A stretch of 64,000 nt of DNA from Octopus sinensis. Taxonomy: Eukaryota. Shown in pieces: positions 60,981-64,000 of the stretch (within the stretch, counting starts at the first letter, position 1; each line of letters starts with the position of its first letter). Below the pieces are notes generated by a model. That model was not told the origin of the DNA and ran no database searches. It saw only the letters and a list, made by a program, of their open reading frames with translations. Both the position numbers and the translations under genes were made by a program. The stretch spans positions 13,702,001-13,766,000 of the forward strand of contig NC_043016.1 of assembly GCF_006345805.1 (NCBI RefSeq), written 5' to 3'.

Positions 60981-61485
60981 TTTTTTTTGTGTGTGTGTGT
61001 ATATATATCTGTTTAGGGTTGAGGTGTAAGAAAAAAACGAAAAAGAGTAATCAATACCATATTAGAGATTAATAATATATTTTAATTTGACCAAGGCAGT
61101 CTCTTGCTATTCTGAGATTTACTTTGCACAGGCTCTTTAGGCAGAATATGACTGGAAATACATGGGATTTGCACATCTATATGAAGTTTCCCTGTCGTAG
61201 AATGTGTTGAGGGAGAGAAAGTATAATAAATGGGGGAAAAGAAAAATCAAAAAGGAAGAAAAATAGATAAGTAGAAAGGAAAAGGAAGAGGAAGAATAGA
61301 GGAAAACAGAGAGGGAGTGTTTTGAAAGGAAGGAATGAAGTAGAGGTGGGGTACTAGAATGGCCGAAGAATGTAATGGGAAAAATTTTTCACAGCAAAAA
61401 TAGCAGAAAAATGAACTTTGGAACAAGTGGCATTGAAAGAAGAAATAAATCCTAAAGCTGGCCATATTTATGCAAAATATGTATG

Positions 61486-61647
61486 CAGAGCTGCCTTAGC
61501 AGCATTGCAGGCCCCTGGTCAAATCAGTGTACTGGGCCCTATAGCACTTATTGACAGTAAGCCACAACATATATTAAGAATTGGGTCCCTTGACCTGTAG
61601 GATCCGTGGGCAACTGCCCAGTGTGCCCATGGCTTAAGATGGCCCTA
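61486..61647. mobile_element. hAT-type MITE, same family as 11856-12034
   Basis: CAGAGCTGCCTTA...TAAGATGGCCCTA; shares TTATTGACAG(T/C)AAGCCACAAC and GGGCAAC...GTGCCCA with the 11856 copy; no TSD visible. Confidence 0.6.
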
Positions 61648-61829
61648 CCAATCCCATTGTTGACAGGGATAGAGATCAAATCACTAATAAAAGGGATGAT
61701 GATGGCAGTGAGTGGTAGGGAAGATAATGGTGGGGCAGACAGTGATATGTATTATTATAAGGGGTGGGTTCTGAGTTCAACAGGTCCCTTTGATTAGCAA
61801 TCTAGGTTTACAGTTGCTACACAGTTTGC

Positions 61830-62720
61830 AGATGGAATTCATCTGGAGGGGGGAGTATGCTTCAATACTTGCAGACTGAACTTTTTTTGCATGTAGGAAA
61901 GGTGAAAGTATTCCCTCCCTTGAATTCAGGATGTTAGTTGCAAACAAGATGTTCAATTTTTCAATTACATACAGATTACATCCAGTGTACCATCTATTAT
62001 AGGCAGCTGCTTTTGCTAAAATGCTCCATTTGATAGAAAGATTATGTATCCTTTAGGTGCCAGATATACTTAGATATGATGTAGAATTCTTTCTAGTATT
62101 GTTATGGGTCATATAAAGATGCTGCATGAAGTGTGTCTTTAAAGTGTTTTCTGTGAATCTAGTATACAATTTTGCAGTATCTCTATTATTGTGAACTTTT
62201 GCTTTGTAGATGATTTCTTTTGGGAGGAATTTATTATCCAGTGGACATTAAGCTCTTACAATTACAATCTTGTGAGGCTAGATTTAAATTAGCATGTGTA
62301 GTTTCCTTATTATGATCCAATATTACTGAGGCAGCTTTAACTAACTTTGTTTTATCGAATATTTTGTTATATCCTTGCTTGTTTGGGAAGTGTTTTCTTA
62401 TAAGAGTGAGGAAACACCCAGCAATATTGATCAATATACTGGTGCTGCAAGGTGGATTAAACCATATTACTTTCCTGGTTCTGATTTTACTTTTCTTAAT
62501 AGGAGCAGTCTCTAAATAGCTTATCTTGTTGGTGAAGTCATGTTTGTTTAATGCATCATTGTAGTATGGGGCACCTCTATTGAATATATCTCTATTAGAA
62601 GACTAGTTGGAAATGTATCTACTTATAAGCTGAATGTTAGCTGATGGTGTGAATGGTACTATACTGGCCCAATCAACATTCATCTTGTATTACAATGTGG
62701 GGACTTAGAAGGATTGTTAT
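61830..62720 (-). mobile_element. Penelope-like element relic, same type as 24240-24830
   Basis: The minus strand reads RTRKVIWFNPPCSTSILINIAGCFLTLIRKHFPNKQGYNKIFDK, then CNC, CPLDNKFLPKEIIYKAKV and YTRFTENTLKTHF. Confidence 0.75.
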
Positions 62721-62889
62721 CTCTCTTAATATTTGTTTAATAGCTATATCATCTCCTGTTCCTTGTTAGTTGCCTTCTAAGGGAGATGTGATGCATTTAC
62801 CACAGGTTTAAGGACTACTCTTTCTGTCAATGTTGTTGGTGTGTATATGTGTGTTTGTATGTATGTTTCCTTAACACTTAGAAAATTGG

Positions 62890-63105
62890 TTAACTGTTTA
62901 GCATTTAAGCCGGCCATATTTGGCCTAAATATTCTCCTGTTTTGTGCTCAAAACAAATCTGGTGTTTCCATAATAATGTCACTCCAAAAATAAACAATTG
63001 CATTATCAAAATCTCAAAGCTGTAATATAATGTATAATTAATTTAAAACAATGTGAATGAATAAGTCTCACATCTGACAGAACATTCTGAATATTAAAGG
63101 GTTAA
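62890..63105. mobile_element. piggyBac-type MITE, second family
   Basis: TTAA-CTGTTTAGCATT...AATATTAAAGGG-TTAA; internally similar to the 55069 and 57231 copies. Confidence 0.75.
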
Positions 63106-64000
63106 ACATGTATCATAAATGTTGGAAGAAGGGGCTGCAACAGCTTTGGTATGAGACAGACAAAGTTTCAAAGTGGGAGTTACAGAAGTTGTAGAAACAC
63201 TAAAATTTGATAAGGAATAGTTGGGGAGGTAAAGAAACAGACACTTTAGGTATTTGTTCAACCAGCTAGCCTTATACATGTGTGTGTGTGTACATGTAAG
63301 AACAAACATACATACGTTATTATACAGAGGACACTCACATAGATATACACATTCATACACATATGCCTAAAAACTTACTCCCCTTTCCCTCACACACACA
63401 AGCATACATGCACACACACACACACAATGTATGAGTGTGTGTAAATACAGATAGTGATTCAAACAGGAAGCAACTAGTTCTGGCTCTTCGTGTTCTGAGT
63501 TGCCAGGAACAGATGGTAGCACTGTCCCATTTATCGGTGAAATAAGCATATCTAATCCATAGTTGGCTCCCTCTTTGTCTGTCAGTCTTGCTCTCTCTCA
63601 CACACACAGAACATGCATGTACACATTACGCACACACACATACACATAAACAAGTACATATACTTACCAAAATACCTGGGGATTAAAGTTATAGTGAATC
63701 AACAGATGCACAGAGATGAAATTGTGTCTGCAGCAACCATTTTCTACCCATGAGAATTTTAGACCAAGCACCACCTGTATGTGCGCATGCACACACACAC
63801 ATATATAAAATTTCTTTTGACATTCAAGGAATTAAAGATTGAAGCCACCTTCTTCAGCTGAAGTCCTGTAAATTAATTGATGATATCATTGCTGTTGGTG
63901 TCACATACAAAGCACTCAGTACACTCTGTAAAGTGGCTAGCATGTGTACATACAGATATACATACATATGTATACACACATATATATATATACATATATA

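Overview
AT-rich eukaryotic genomic DNA. The SINE/MITE families and dense (AT)n/(CA)n microsatellites point to an octopus (cephalopod) genome; this is an inference from recalled repeat consensus, not a search. The window holds one protein-coding gene, on the minus strand: an SLC6 (NSS) Na+/Cl--dependent transporter of the GABA/taurine/creatine group. I reconstructed it by hand as 13 coding exons (42276 to 9458, 2043 nt, 680 aa). All 12 introns are GT-AG with consistent phases, and one intron is 18 kb. The first coding exon is preceded by a splice acceptor, so at least one more 5' exon exists that I could not locate. The ion-binding residues are intact, but the substrate-pocket and extracellular-gate residues are unusual (TM3 LDCNYN; TM10 DYYPASRIV, one residue shorter than GAT/TauT/CT1). 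This is the main lead. The rest is intronic or intergenic sequence with tRNA-type SINEs, RTE 3' ends, RTE, R4/Dong-like and Penelope-like relics, a mariner relic, Helitron-type elements, hAT- and piggyBac-type MITEs, a possible solo LTR, foldback structures and a 1.6-kb compound AT satellite. No rRNA, tRNA or CRISPR array was seen. Residue numbering and exon sizes of vertebrate homologues are quoted from memory and need checking by alignment.
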